In this document: positions 1-10,075 of the stretch, piece by piece
Layout of the letters: each line of letters starts with the position of its first letter
How positions within the stretch are numbered: position 1 is the stretch's first letter
Source of the DNA: Candidatus Latescibacterota bacterium
GTDB taxonomy: Bacteria; Latescibacterota; UBA2968; GCA-2709665
Assembly (NCBI GenBank): GCA_965226795.1
Contig: CBDDDZ010000005.1
Coordinates: 320,001-384,000 of the forward strand
Length of the DNA stretch: 64,000 nucleotides
Direction of reading: 5' to 3'
Notes under the pieces: generated by a model
Seen by the model: only the letters and a program-made list of their open reading frames with translations
Told to the model about the DNA's origin: nothing
The model's database searches: none
Position numbers and translations under genes: made by a program

Positions 1-219
1 CCCTGTTGTTCCGCATAACCCCGCAACAGGTCACCCGCTACGCTGGTGGAGGTTGGTTGTCGGCGCATTGACGTCAAAAATATCATCAACATATTGCGAT
101 TCTCCCAACGTGCGACAGGTGGTGTGGGGGGTTTTTCCGCGCTATTCCGTTCAGCGCCGTTGCACCAAGCGTGCTTACCCGTACGCAGGGCAGACGTGTA
201 CGTAACCGCCACTGGAGTC

Positions 220-555
220 ATTCGCGGAAAAACCGGCCCCGCGCCGAGCGGCCTGCCTGCGCCGAGCCGTGCTCGGCAGGCAGGCGCCCTTCTTTTTCGC
301 CCTTTTTCTTGGGCGAAGCAAGAAAAAGGGCAAGGGAATAGGGGACGTTTGGGTGTGGCGAAGATTCTAACTCACGGGTGGCGAGCCGCTGTTGCTTCGA
401 CAAGCTCAACGCAGGCAGCACAAGCAGTGTAAGCGCTTCGACAGGCTCAGCGCAAGCAACGCTGCAAGACGGAATGAATCGGCCTGCCTGTGCGGAAGGC
501 CTGCACGCAGACAGGCGGATGAATGGTGACATATTTCTGGGACGGGACACTTGAG
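220..555 (+). repeat. Copy 1 of a long structured intergenic leader repeat
   Basis: 220-366 matches 1567-1713 over 147 bp. Similarity resumes at about 468-555 vs 1730-1812. Contains CCTG..CAGG hairpins and a TTCTTTTTCGCCC..GGGCGAAGCAAGAAAAAGG hairpin. Copy 1 has an extra segment with two TTCGACA(A/G)GCTCA motifs. Confidence 0.9.
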
Positions 556-566
556 GAGGGAACACA

Positions 567-1367
567 ATGAAGGTCGGCATATATGCTTCGTATTTCGGCA
601 AGGAAGAACCCAAGGCGTTCCCCGATGTCGAGTCTTTCATAGACCTCGCCTATGAGCTGCGTCTGGACGTCATCGATTTCCGGGTGGACGTGGGGTTCGG
701 CTCCAAAGACACCGACTATCTCAGAGGCATCAAGATAAAATGCCTGAAAGCCGGGCTGCCGATCGGCTATCTTGCGTCGGGCGGGCATTTTGTGGGTACG
801 GATGAAGAGTTGCGTCAGAAGGTCGAGCAGGCGAAGGCCGACGTGGAAGTGGCTGCCTACCTGGGAACGCCGATGATTCGGCTATTCTGCGGCGCTCCTG
901 AGGAGGGGGGCCGGGAGAGTGAGATCCGGTGTTTTCAGGAAGTGTGCGATTTCGCCGCAGATGCCGGGATTATTGTGGGCCTCCAAAATCACCCGAGCAC
1001 GGGTGACGGCGTTCTGCGTATCCTGCGGGAAACAGACCGCGAAAACTTCACCTTTATCATGGACACCGGCCAGTGGGTGGGCTCGCCGGGGCTGAATTTC
1101 GGTGTGGGCGATCCGGACGTCGATATCTACCACTATATGGAACAGACCGCGCCATATGCTGCCTACGTCCGCGCCAAGATCTACAAGATAGACAGCGGTC
1201 GGGAGGCGTGGCTCGATTACCCGCGCATCGTCGGTATTCTGAAATCGGCGGGCTTCAACGGCGTCATTTCGATCACGTTCGAGGGGAAGGACGTCAACCG
1301 CTGCGGCGACAGGGAAACCTTCAGGCTGGCGGCGCAGCACCTGCGCGAGACGATCGCGGCGGCGTAG
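567..1367 (+). CDS. Sugar phosphate isomerase/epimerase (AP endonuclease 2-like TIM barrel)
   Basis: 266 aa, GAGGAGG RBS; motifs GLQNH, MDTGQW, and DYPRIVGILKSAGFNGVISITFEG. Confidence 0.8.
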   Translation: MKVGIYASYFGKEEPKAFPDVESFIDLAYELRLDVIDFRVDVGFGSKDTDYLRGIKIKCLKAGLPIGYLASGGHFVGTDEELRQKVEQAKADVEVAAYLGTPMIRLFCGAPEEGGRESEIRCFQEVCDFAADAGIIVGLQNHPSTGDGVLRILRETDRENFTFIMDTGQWVGSPGLNFGVGDPDVDIYHYMEQTAPYAAYVRAKIYKIDSGREAWLDYPRIVGILKSAGFNGVISITFEGKDVNRCGDRETFRLAAQHLRETIAAA

Positions 1368-1566
1368 ACCAGGCGCGCCCAGGGATCGCAGGAGATAGCG
1401 ACTAGCGGCAGAACCGCAATTCCAGGAAGCTGTCCTTACAGGTCTAACTCCTCGCCGTCCGGTGGCGGCGATGGGGGTTTTTCCGTGTTAATCCGACCAG
1501 CACTGTTGTATTGGTACAGTTAAGGAGCCCGTAGGCCACCGAATTTACGCTTATGCCCCTGAGGTG

Positions 1567-1812
1567 ATTCGCGGAAAAACCGGCCCCGCGCCGAGCGGCC
1601 TGCCTGCGCCGAGCCGTGCTCGGCAGGCAGGCGCCCTTCTTTTTCGCCCTTTTTCTTGGGCGAAGCAAGAAAAAGGGCAAGGGAATAGGGGACGTTTGGG
1701 TGTGGCGAAGATTGTATCTCACGGTGGCGAGACGGGACGAATCGGCCTGCCTGCTGAAGCATGCGAGGCAGGCGGATGAATGGTAACATATTTCCGGGAC
1801 GGGACACTGAGG
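1567..1812 (+). repeat. Copy 2 of the intergenic leader repeat
   Basis: Matches 220-366 and about 468-555; ends just before the HAD gene. Confidence 0.9.
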
Positions 1813-1831
1813 GGCCAGTAGAGACGAGCGA

Positions 1832-2560
1832 ATGCGCCGACTGACCGACTACCGTGTCCTGACCTTCGACTGCTACGGCACCCTGATCGACTGGGAGTGC
1901 GGAATCTGGGATGCATTGCAGCCGCTGATGATGCGCAACTGTGCCACGTGCCTCACGCGCGACGCGGTGCTGCGCGCCTTCGCCCATTGCGAGAGCCGGC
2001 AGGAGCGGGCCACGCCCGGCCTGCGCTATCCGGAACTGCTCGCCCGGGTGCACGCGCGCGTGGCGGCGAGACTCGGCCTGCAGACAGACGATGAACTCGA
2101 CGCGGCGTTCGGCGCCTCTTTGCCGCACTGGCCCGCGTTCCCGGACACCGCCGATGCGTTGCGAATCCTCAAGCAACACTACAGGCTCGTCATCCTTTCC
2201 AACGTCCACCGCGATGGCATCGCCGACTCGAACCGGAAGTTGGGCGTCGATTTCGACGCCATCTACACCGCGGAGGACATCGGCTCCTACAAGCCGGCCG
2301 ACGCCAACTTCGAGTACCTGCTCACGCACCTGAAGTCTGACCTGGGGATGGAACGATCGGACGTGCTGCACACCGCGCAGAGTCTGCACCACGACCATGT
2401 ACCGGCAAGGAAGTTCGGGCTGGCCAATGCCTGGATCGACCGGCAGCGGCTATCGGAGGGCGGGGGTTGGGGCGCGACAGAGCGGGTGGAAACGACGCCG
2501 AAGACCGACTACGTCTTCTTCTCGTTGGGTGAGATGGCGGAAGCGGCGATGGGCATCTGA
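1832..2560 (+). CDS. HAD-superfamily hydrolase (haloacid dehalogenase type II-like)
   Basis: Motifs FDCYGTLIDWE, ILSNV, GSYKP and HTAQSLHHDHVPA. Confidence 0.9.
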   Translation: MRRLTDYRVLTFDCYGTLIDWECGIWDALQPLMMRNCATCLTRDAVLRAFAHCESRQERATPGLRYPELLARVHARVAARLGLQTDDELDAAFGASLPHWPAFPDTADALRILKQHYRLVILSNVHRDGIADSNRKLGVDFDAIYTAEDIGSYKPADANFEYLLTHLKSDLGMERSDVLHTAQSLHHDHVPARKFGLANAWIDRQRLSEGGGWGATERVETTPKTDYVFFSLGEMAEAAMGI

Positions 2561-3033
2561 ACCGGGCGGCTACGGTATGCTGGTGTCACGGGGTCGCCTC
2601 TCTCAACCTGAAGGCCGTTCCGATTGCACATTTTCCTTCCTGATTGGTCCTACCCGGAATACAACCCCTTCTGCTAAAGTGCGGACCTGGGTCTGGACCG
2701 CGACTCCGATTGCCGCTATATCTCGCGATTTAAAGGAAAATTCACTCAAAAGCCACCAACATTACCCAGAAAATCATCAGGTTTTTTAATATTGATATAT
2801 TAAATTGCGTTAACAGTATCGTTAAGATAAATAACTCACTCGGCGGCAATCTTTTGGCGATGGCATACCGTACGATTCCACGTCACATCCTGTTCGTAGG
2901 TCAAGCCGATCCGCGGGGAGTAGGTCGTTGCGTGTGTCTGCATCAAAGGAATGGATATTGTCATTGCCGTGTGCAGTCCGGATCGGGTTTCAGCCGCACG
3001 CATCTGGTATCAATACATGAAAGGAGACAGGTG

Positions 3034-5088
3034 ATGAGGCATTTTACCACGGCTATCGTGCTGATCGTTGTCTGCCTGCAACCGCTCTTCGCCCAGGACT
3101 TAATCGATTCCAATAACCATCAGATGCGGCACCTTCCTCACGGAGCGATTGCCCGGCTGGGTAAGGGCGCGATTGGTCAGAGCGACAGGGCGGTCGTTTT
3201 TTCTCCGGACGGCAGGCTTGTCGCGGTGGCAAGCGGAATTGGCGTATTTCTTTACAGCGTGGCGGACCCGGAACGATCCACGCTGTTTCCCTCCGACGCT
3301 GTCCATTCGTTGTCATTTTCACCCGACGGCAAAAAGCTTGTCACGGCAGGAGGCCAGTGGAGACATGGACAGATCAGGTTGTGGGACGTGGAAACGGGAG
3401 TCCGTACCAGGAACGTGGAGGGATGGTCTTTTGGCAATGCCACGTTTTCTCCTGATGGCAAAACCCTCGCCTACCGTGCGAAAGATGGCGTGAATATTGT
3501 ACTCCGGGATGTGGCCTCATGGATTCCCGAGACCACCAGCGGCCGCGATGGCGTCAGTTTTCTTCACTGTTTGACGTTTTCACCGGATGGCGCGCTCATT
3601 GCTGCTGGGTACGGGGACGGCGCGATCATTCTGTGGGACGTGGTAACGCGCACCCCTGCCACGACACTAAAGGGACACAGTGACGAAGTCTATTCCGTAG
3701 CCTTCTCGCCCAACGGAAGCACGCTCGCCTCAGGTTCCGGCGACGAAACGGTCATGCTGTGGGATATGGCAACGCGCACGAACTCCGCTACCCTCAGGGC
3801 AAACTCCCCTGTTACCAGCGTCGCGTTTTCTCCCGACGGTTCGGTTGTCGCCTCCGGTACATGGTTCCGAAGAGTTAAACTCTGGAACACTACGACGGGT
3901 GAAAATATCGACACGTTCAACGACCATCGGGATCTGGTTCGCGCGGTCTCTTTCTCTCCTGACGGGAGCACGCTCGCCTCCGCTTCCACAGGTGGCACGG
4001 TCAAGCTGCGGAATCTGTCATCGGGAAACGTCACTACTATTGCCGGCCATTCGCCAACGGTTTTGGGTCTGGCATTTTCGCCAGACGGCGCTACACTGGC
4101 GACGTACAGCAGCGGATACTCGGCCGGGATCGAATTATGGGACACGTCAACGCGACGGATACTTGCGACGCTTCGCGGGCATAGCTTGCCGATCGCATCG
4201 ATCTCTATTTCACACGATGGGACGACCCTTGCTTCGGCAGCTGGAAATACGGTTATCCTTTGGGAACTGGACACCTATAAGGATTTCGCGCATCTGGACC
4301 ACGAGAACGGACCGTCGGCGGTATCGTTTTCTCCCGATGGCGCCGTTCTGGCCACCGGAGGTTGGCCGGGATGGGTCAATCTGTGGAACGTCAAGACACA
4401 AGAGCAAGGCATTGGAGTTTCCGGTCTCAGCGATGGGGTCAAGGAGCTGGAATTTTCACCGGACGGAACCATGCTGGCTTCGGGATTGAACAATGGTGAA
4501 ATCAGGACATGGGACCTGGCCACCGGCAAGACCGTCGCCGTACTCGAGGGACTTACCAATTCTATACTCTCAATGTCCTTTTCTTCCGACGGGTCAGAGC
4601 TTTCTGCCGGTTCATATAGTGAATCGGTGATGGTATGGGAACTGGAAACGGGCACAGCCATCGCCACACGAAAACCGGAGTTGTTTGAAAGGGTCGCGTT
4701 CTCACCCGACAGGACGATGTTCGCCACCGGCTCGCAGGATCAAAGGGTCAGACTCTACGACATGTCGAACGGTGAGATTGTCTCCACCTTCGAAGGACAT
4801 GCGCACACCGTCTCCAGCTTGTTGTTTTCGCCGGACGGCAAGACTCTCGCATCGGGATCTTACGATGGCACGATTCTACTATGGGATCTGACCCCGGACC
4901 GTGTTTCCCGACCCCCAGATCTCGACTATGACGATAACGGCGCCGTCGGCTTTGGCGACTTTATCGAGCTTGCGTCTCGATTTGGTCTGAGGAAGGGCGA
5001 ACTGGGTTATCACGTGCGATACGACCTGGATGGCAACGGCATGATCGGAAGTGGCGATTTTGTGATCTTCGCGAAGAATTTCGGTTGA
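3034..5088 (+). CDS. Secreted WD40-repeat protein with C-terminal EF-hand/dockerin-like pair (paralog 1)
   Basis: AAAGGAGA RBS before ATG 3034; signal-peptide-like MRHFTTAIVLIVVCLQPLFA; about 14 FSPDG..LWD repeats; tail with DYDDNGAVGFGDF and DLDGNGMIGSGDF. Confidence 0.88.
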   Translation: MRHFTTAIVLIVVCLQPLFAQDLIDSNNHQMRHLPHGAIARLGKGAIGQSDRAVVFSPDGRLVAVASGIGVFLYSVADPERSTLFPSDAVHSLSFSPDGKKLVTAGGQWRHGQIRLWDVETGVRTRNVEGWSFGNATFSPDGKTLAYRAKDGVNIVLRDVASWIPETTSGRDGVSFLHCLTFSPDGALIAAGYGDGAIILWDVVTRTPATTLKGHSDEVYSVAFSPNGSTLASGSGDETVMLWDMATRTNSATLRANSPVTSVAFSPDGSVVASGTWFRRVKLWNTTTGENIDTFNDHRDLVRAVSFSPDGSTLASASTGGTVKLRNLSSGNVTTIAGHSPTVLGLAFSPDGATLATYSSGYSAGIELWDTSTRRILATLRGHSLPIASISISHDGTTLASAAGNTVILWELDTYKDFAHLDHENGPSAVSFSPDGAVLATGGWPGWVNLWNVKTQEQGIGVSGLSDGVKELEFSPDGTMLASGLNNGEIRTWDLATGKTVAVLEGLTNSILSMSFSSDGSELSAGSYSESVMVWELETGTAIATRKPELFERVAFSPDRTMFATGSQDQRVRLYDMSNGEIVSTFEGHAHTVSSLLFSPDGKTLASGSYDGTILLWDLTPDRVSRPPDLDYDDNGAVGFGDFIELASRFGLRKGELGYHVRYDLDGNGMIGSGDFVIFAKNFG

Positions 5089-5357
5089 AATACGTCAACT
5101 CGTCGAGACGGGACAGGACCGACGGCGCTCGAACTGGTGCATGTCCTGTATCAATTCCGATGGACCACATCGGAGCGAGTGCGGATAACCGGATCTAATT
5201 GGTACTCTCGTCGGGAGGACTGCAGCCCGAGTTGGGTTCTCCAGCGTGGGTTTCCGGACTTTCGTGTAATGGGTGTGAGCCAACGAAGACGGGGAATAAT
5301 GCCGAACGCGCGGGTGAGTCGCGCGAATTTGGTATCCATTATAAGAGGAGACATGAC

Positions 5358-7457
5358 ATGAGGCATCTTGCCTGTTCGTTCGTGTTGATTGTCGTCTGCC
5401 TGCAACCGCTTTTCGCCCAGGACTTCAGCGATCCCAACAACTATCGGACGCGGGATCTGCCCGACGGAGCGATCGCCCGGCTTGGAAAGGGAGCTATTGG
5501 CCACGGAGACCGGGCGGTTGCATTTTCACCAGACGGCGAGCTTGTTGCAGTGGCCAGCGGTATCGGCGTATGGCTGTACAGTGTGGAGGACCTCGAAAGT
5601 GTCACCTGGTTGCCCGCCGACCGTGTCCATTCGCTGTCCTTTTCACCCGACGGCAAAAAGCTTGTCACGGCAGGAGGTATGTGGGGAAGTGGTGAGGTTA
5701 TACTTTGGGATGTGGCAACGGGGGCCCCCAGCCGGATTGAAAGGGGCGGGCCCATAATCGATGTCACGTTTTCTCCGGATGGTAAAACCCTCGCTTACAG
5801 TGCACGTGGAGGGCCGATGATTAGACTACGGGATGTGGCCTCGCGGACTGTTGTGACCACCCAGGGGAGGTACGATTTCGGCCTGGCGTGTCTCGCGTTT
5901 TCACCGGATGGCGCCATCATCGCAACGGGACATGGGAACGGCACGATCATGCTGTGGGACGTGGCAACGCGCACCCTTGCCGCCACGCTTGAAGGCCATA
6001 GCGGGGAGGTCTACTCCGTAGCTTTCGCACCGAACGGCAACACCCTGGCCTCAGGTGCTTCTGACGAAACCGTCAAACTGTGGAACGTGGCAACACGCAC
6101 GAACTTCACAACGCTTACGGTAAACTCCCCTGTGACGACCGTCGCGTTTTCTTCCGACGGATCCCTCATCGCCACCGGAACATGGTTCCGCAGAGTCAAA
6201 CTCTGGAACGCAACGACAGGTCGAAATATAGATACATTCAACGACCATCGAGCTCTGGTTCGCGCGGTTTCATTCTCTCCGGACGGGAGGACGCTCGCCT
6301 CCGCTTCCGACGATGGCGCGGTTGTGCTGAGGGATCTGACCGCCGGAAACGCCACCACCATTGCCGGCTATTCGGGAACCGTTTTGGGTATGACATTTTC
6401 ACCGGACGGCGCCACACTGGCTTCCTATAACGGTTCATATGGGTCGGGGGTCAAAATATGGGACACGGCGACGCGACGGATGATCACGACGCTTCGCGGG
6501 CATGGTGGCTTGCCCATCTCATCGATATCCATTTCACACGATGGGACGACCCTTGCTTCGGCATCCGGCCATAGAGTTATCCTTTGGGACCTGGACACGT
6601 ATACTGATTTCGCACATCTGGAACACAAGGATCTAACATCTGCGGTGTCGTTTTCACCCGATGGCGATGTTTTGGCCACCGGAGGCTGGCCGGGATGGGT
6701 CAACCTTTGGAACGTCCGAACGCAAGAACAGACCACCCGTGTTACCGGACTGAGCGATGGGGTCAACGAGCTGGAATTCTCGCCCGACGGAAAAATCCTG
6801 GCTTCGGGTCTGGACAATGGTGAGATAAGGACCTGGGACCTGTCCACCGGTAAGACCGCAGCCGTCCTTCACGGGCTTACCCGTTACGTACTCTCAATTT
6901 CCTTCTCTTCCGATGTCACAAAGCTATATGCCGGTTCGTACAGTGAATCGGTGATGGTATGGGACCTGATAACTGGCTCGACGATCGCGACACGAAAACC
7001 AGAGGGGTTCGAAAGGGTCGCGTTCTCACCAGACAGGACGATGTTCGCCACCGGCTCGCAGGACGGCAACGTAAGGCTCTTCGATATGTCGACGGGAGAG
7101 ATTGTCTCCACCTTCGAAGGGCATGCCCACTGGGTCAGCAGCGTGTTGTTTTCCCCGGACGGCAAGACCCTCGCGTCGGGATCTTATGATGGTACGATTC
7201 TGTTTTGGGATCTGACTCTGAGCGACGGGTCTCAAACACCCGGTCCCGATATCGACGGCGATCGCGTTGGTCCCGATTTCGATGGCGATGGCACCGTTGG
7301 CTTTACCGACTTCATCCAGTTTGCGGCGAATGTCGGGCTTAGCCAGGGCGACCTGGGCTACGACGACCGGTACGATCTGGATAACGACGGTCAGGTGGGA
7401 CTTTCGGACTTTCTGATCTTTGCAAAGAACTTCGGCCAACAAACGAAATCAAACTAG
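5358..7457 (+). CDS. Secreted WD40-repeat protein with EF-hand/dockerin-like tail (paralog 2)
   Basis: GAGGAGA RBS, ATG 5358 (MRHLACSF); same architecture as paralog 1. Confidence 0.88.
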   Translation: MRHLACSFVLIVVCLQPLFAQDFSDPNNYRTRDLPDGAIARLGKGAIGHGDRAVAFSPDGELVAVASGIGVWLYSVEDLESVTWLPADRVHSLSFSPDGKKLVTAGGMWGSGEVILWDVATGAPSRIERGGPIIDVTFSPDGKTLAYSARGGPMIRLRDVASRTVVTTQGRYDFGLACLAFSPDGAIIATGHGNGTIMLWDVATRTLAATLEGHSGEVYSVAFAPNGNTLASGASDETVKLWNVATRTNFTTLTVNSPVTTVAFSSDGSLIATGTWFRRVKLWNATTGRNIDTFNDHRALVRAVSFSPDGRTLASASDDGAVVLRDLTAGNATTIAGYSGTVLGMTFSPDGATLASYNGSYGSGVKIWDTATRRMITTLRGHGGLPISSISISHDGTTLASASGHRVILWDLDTYTDFAHLEHKDLTSAVSFSPDGDVLATGGWPGWVNLWNVRTQEQTTRVTGLSDGVNELEFSPDGKILASGLDNGEIRTWDLSTGKTAAVLHGLTRYVLSISFSSDVTKLYAGSYSESVMVWDLITGSTIATRKPEGFERVAFSPDRTMFATGSQDGNVRLFDMSTGEIVSTFEGHAHWVSSVLFSPDGKTLASGSYDGTILFWDLTLSDGSQTPGPDIDGDRVGPDFDGDGTVGFTDFIQFAANVGLSQGDLGYDDRYDLDNDGQVGLSDFLIFAKNFGQQTKSN

Positions 7458-7712
7458 ACCAGGATCGAAGGTATACGAGACTGTGCATGTCCTGCGCAAT
7501 TTCCAACGGATGACACCGGCGCCATGGCTGAAACCGGACATTATCGCAATCCTTCTCGGCCGGACTGCCCAAGAGTGTCGCTTTCCCGTGTGGATGTCGG
7601 GAAATATGTGTAACGGGTACGGATCAGCGACGATGGGAATTGTCATAAACGTCGGATCAGATCGGGTTTCACAGGCTCACAACCTGGAGTCAATCAAGAA
7701 AGGAGACATGGC

Positions 7713-9809
7713 ATGAGGCATCTTGCCTGTTCGTTCGTGCTGATTGTCGTCTTCCTCCAGCCGCTAATTGCTCAGGACTTCAGCGATCCCAACAACTATC
7801 GGACGCGGCAACTTCCGGAAGGTGCGATCGCCCGGCTGGGAAAGGGAGCCATTGGCCACGGAGACCGAGCAGTTGCATTTTCACCGGACGGAAAGCTTGT
7901 CGCAGTGGCCAGCGGCATTGGCGTATGGCTGTACAGTGTGGAGGACCTGGAAAGTGTCACCTGGTTGCCCGCCGCCGTTGTCCATTCGGTGTCGTTTTCA
8001 CCCGACGGCAAGATGCTATTCACGGCAGCGGGACCGTGGCGAAAGGCTGAGGTATCGCTTTGGGATGTGGCAACGGGAGCCCGTGTTCGGACTGATAAGG
8101 GAGGGTCCATTTTCGATGTCACGTTGTCGCCGGATGGCAGAACCCTCGCATACAGTGCAGAAGGAGGGGCGATGATTAAACTAAGGGATGTGGCCTCGTG
8201 GACTGTTGCGACCACCCTTGGGAGATACGATTTCGGCTTGACGTGTCTGTCGTTTTCACCGGATGGCGCCATCATCGCAACGGGACATGAAAACGGCACG
8301 ATCATGCTGTGGGACGTGGCAACGCGCACCCTTGCCGCCACGCTTGAGGGCCATAGCGGGGAGGTCTACTCCGTTGCTTTCTCACCGAACGGCAGCACGC
8401 TCGCCTCCGGTGCTTCTGACGAAACCGTCAAGCTATGGGATGCTGCAACGCGCACGAACTTCGCGACGTTCACGGTACACTCCCTTGTGACGACCGTAGC
8501 GTTTTCTCCTGACGGTTCTCTTATCGCCACCGGCACCGGGTTCCGCAGAGTCAAACTCTGGCACGCAACGACAGGTCAAAATATAGATACATTCAACGAC
8601 CATCGAGCCCTGGTTCGCGCGGTTTCGTTCTCTCCGGACGGGAGGACGCTCGCCTCCGCTTCCGACGATGGCACGGTCGTACTGAGGGATCTGGCCGCAG
8701 GAAGCGCCACCACCATTGACGGCCATTCGGGAACGGTTATGCGTTTGGCATTTTCACCTGACGGCGCCACACTTGCGTCCTATAGCAATACATACGGGTC
8801 TGGGGTCAAAATATGGGACACGGCAACGCGACGCAAGATCACGACGCTTCGCGGGCATGGTGGCTTGCCGATCGTTTCAATATCCATTTCACACGACGGG
8901 ACGACCCTTGCTTCGGCATCCGGCAATAGAGTTATCCTTTGGGACATGGACACGTATACAGATTTCGCACATCTGGATCACGAGGATCTACCATCAGCGG
9001 TGTCGTTTTCACCCGATGGCGATGTTCTGGCCACCGGAGGCTGGCCGGGATGGGTCAACCTTTGGAACGTCCGAACGCAAGAACAGACCACCCGTGTTAC
9101 CGGACTGAGCGATGGGGTCAGGGAGCTGGAATTCTCGCCCGACGGAGAAATTCTGGCTTCGGGTCTGGACAATGGTGAGATAAGGACCTGGGACCTGTCC
9201 ACCGGCAAGGCCGCAGCCGTCCTTCATGGGCTTACCCGTTACGTACTCTCAATTTCCTTCTCTTCCGACGTCACAAAGCTATATGCCGGTTCGTACAGTG
9301 AATCGGTGATGGTATGGGACCTGGCGACTGGCACGACGATCGCGACACGAAAACCAGAGTTGTTTGAAAGGGTCGCGTTCTCACCAGACAGGACGATGTT
9401 CGCCACCGGCTCGCAGGACGGCAAGGTAAGGCTCTTCGACATGGCGACGGGAGAGATTGTCTCCACCTTCGACGGGCATGCGCACACCGTTTCCAGCGTG
9501 TTGTTTTCGCCGGACGGCAAGACCCTCGCGTCTGGATCTGCTGATGGCACGATTCTATTTTGGGATCTGACTCTGGACGACGGGTCTCAAACCCCCGGTC
9601 CCGATATCGACGGCGGTCCCGTTGGTCCCGATTTCGATGGCGATGGCGCCGTTGGGTTTACCGACTTCATCCAGTTTGCGGCGAATGTCGGGCTTAGCCA
9701 GGGCGACCTGGGCTACGACGACCGGTACGATCTGGATAACGACGGTCAGGTGGGACTCTCGGACTTTCTGATTTTCGCAAAGAACTTCGGGACGACCGTA
9801 GGGGAATGA
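7713..9809 (+). CDS. Secreted WD40-repeat protein with EF-hand/dockerin-like tail (paralog 3)
   Basis: AAAGGAGA RBS; shares long near-identical blocks with paralog 2. Confidence 0.9.
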   Translation: MRHLACSFVLIVVFLQPLIAQDFSDPNNYRTRQLPEGAIARLGKGAIGHGDRAVAFSPDGKLVAVASGIGVWLYSVEDLESVTWLPAAVVHSVSFSPDGKMLFTAAGPWRKAEVSLWDVATGARVRTDKGGSIFDVTLSPDGRTLAYSAEGGAMIKLRDVASWTVATTLGRYDFGLTCLSFSPDGAIIATGHENGTIMLWDVATRTLAATLEGHSGEVYSVAFSPNGSTLASGASDETVKLWDAATRTNFATFTVHSLVTTVAFSPDGSLIATGTGFRRVKLWHATTGQNIDTFNDHRALVRAVSFSPDGRTLASASDDGTVVLRDLAAGSATTIDGHSGTVMRLAFSPDGATLASYSNTYGSGVKIWDTATRRKITTLRGHGGLPIVSISISHDGTTLASASGNRVILWDMDTYTDFAHLDHEDLPSAVSFSPDGDVLATGGWPGWVNLWNVRTQEQTTRVTGLSDGVRELEFSPDGEILASGLDNGEIRTWDLSTGKAAAVLHGLTRYVLSISFSSDVTKLYAGSYSESVMVWDLATGTTIATRKPELFERVAFSPDRTMFATGSQDGKVRLFDMATGEIVSTFDGHAHTVSSVLFSPDGKTLASGSADGTILFWDLTLDDGSQTPGPDIDGGPVGPDFDGDGAVGFTDFIQFAANVGLSQGDLGYDDRYDLDNDGQVGLSDFLIFAKNFGTTVGE

Positions 9810-9867
9810 GCTGCTTTTGGGTTGGAAATTACGATGTTGGCGGAGGGGTGTTTCAGACAGCGATACG

Positions 9868-10075
9868 GACCGGCGAATTCAATTCACGGATGTTCGTTTT
9901 TTGTAGGGGCGGTTCAAGAACCGCCCGTGTTGCACGCGCCTGCCTGTAGCAGCAGGAAAGGGAACCGTCGTTGACCCAAATTGCATGTTGTAGATTAGTG
10001 AGGGCGCTAATGGATCGCAGGAGACATGTAATGCTCGCCGAGAAAGCAGGTGGAAGTCCGATGCGACGTTTCATT
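9868..10075 (+). repeat. Duplicated intergenic/5' segment (second copy about 15483-15683) with a REP-like GTAGGGGCGGTTC..GAACCGCCC hairpin
   Basis: Direct comparison with the region upstream of paralog 5. Confidence 0.85.

Noticed and set aside
46..640. ORFs 46-432, 218-640, 1444-1722 and 1564-1779 sharing identical peptides
   Set aside because: Translations of the non-coding leader repeat.
2780..2840. Promoter for the WD40 array in the AT-rich patch
   Set aside because: Plausible location, but no well-spaced -35/-10 pair could be assigned.
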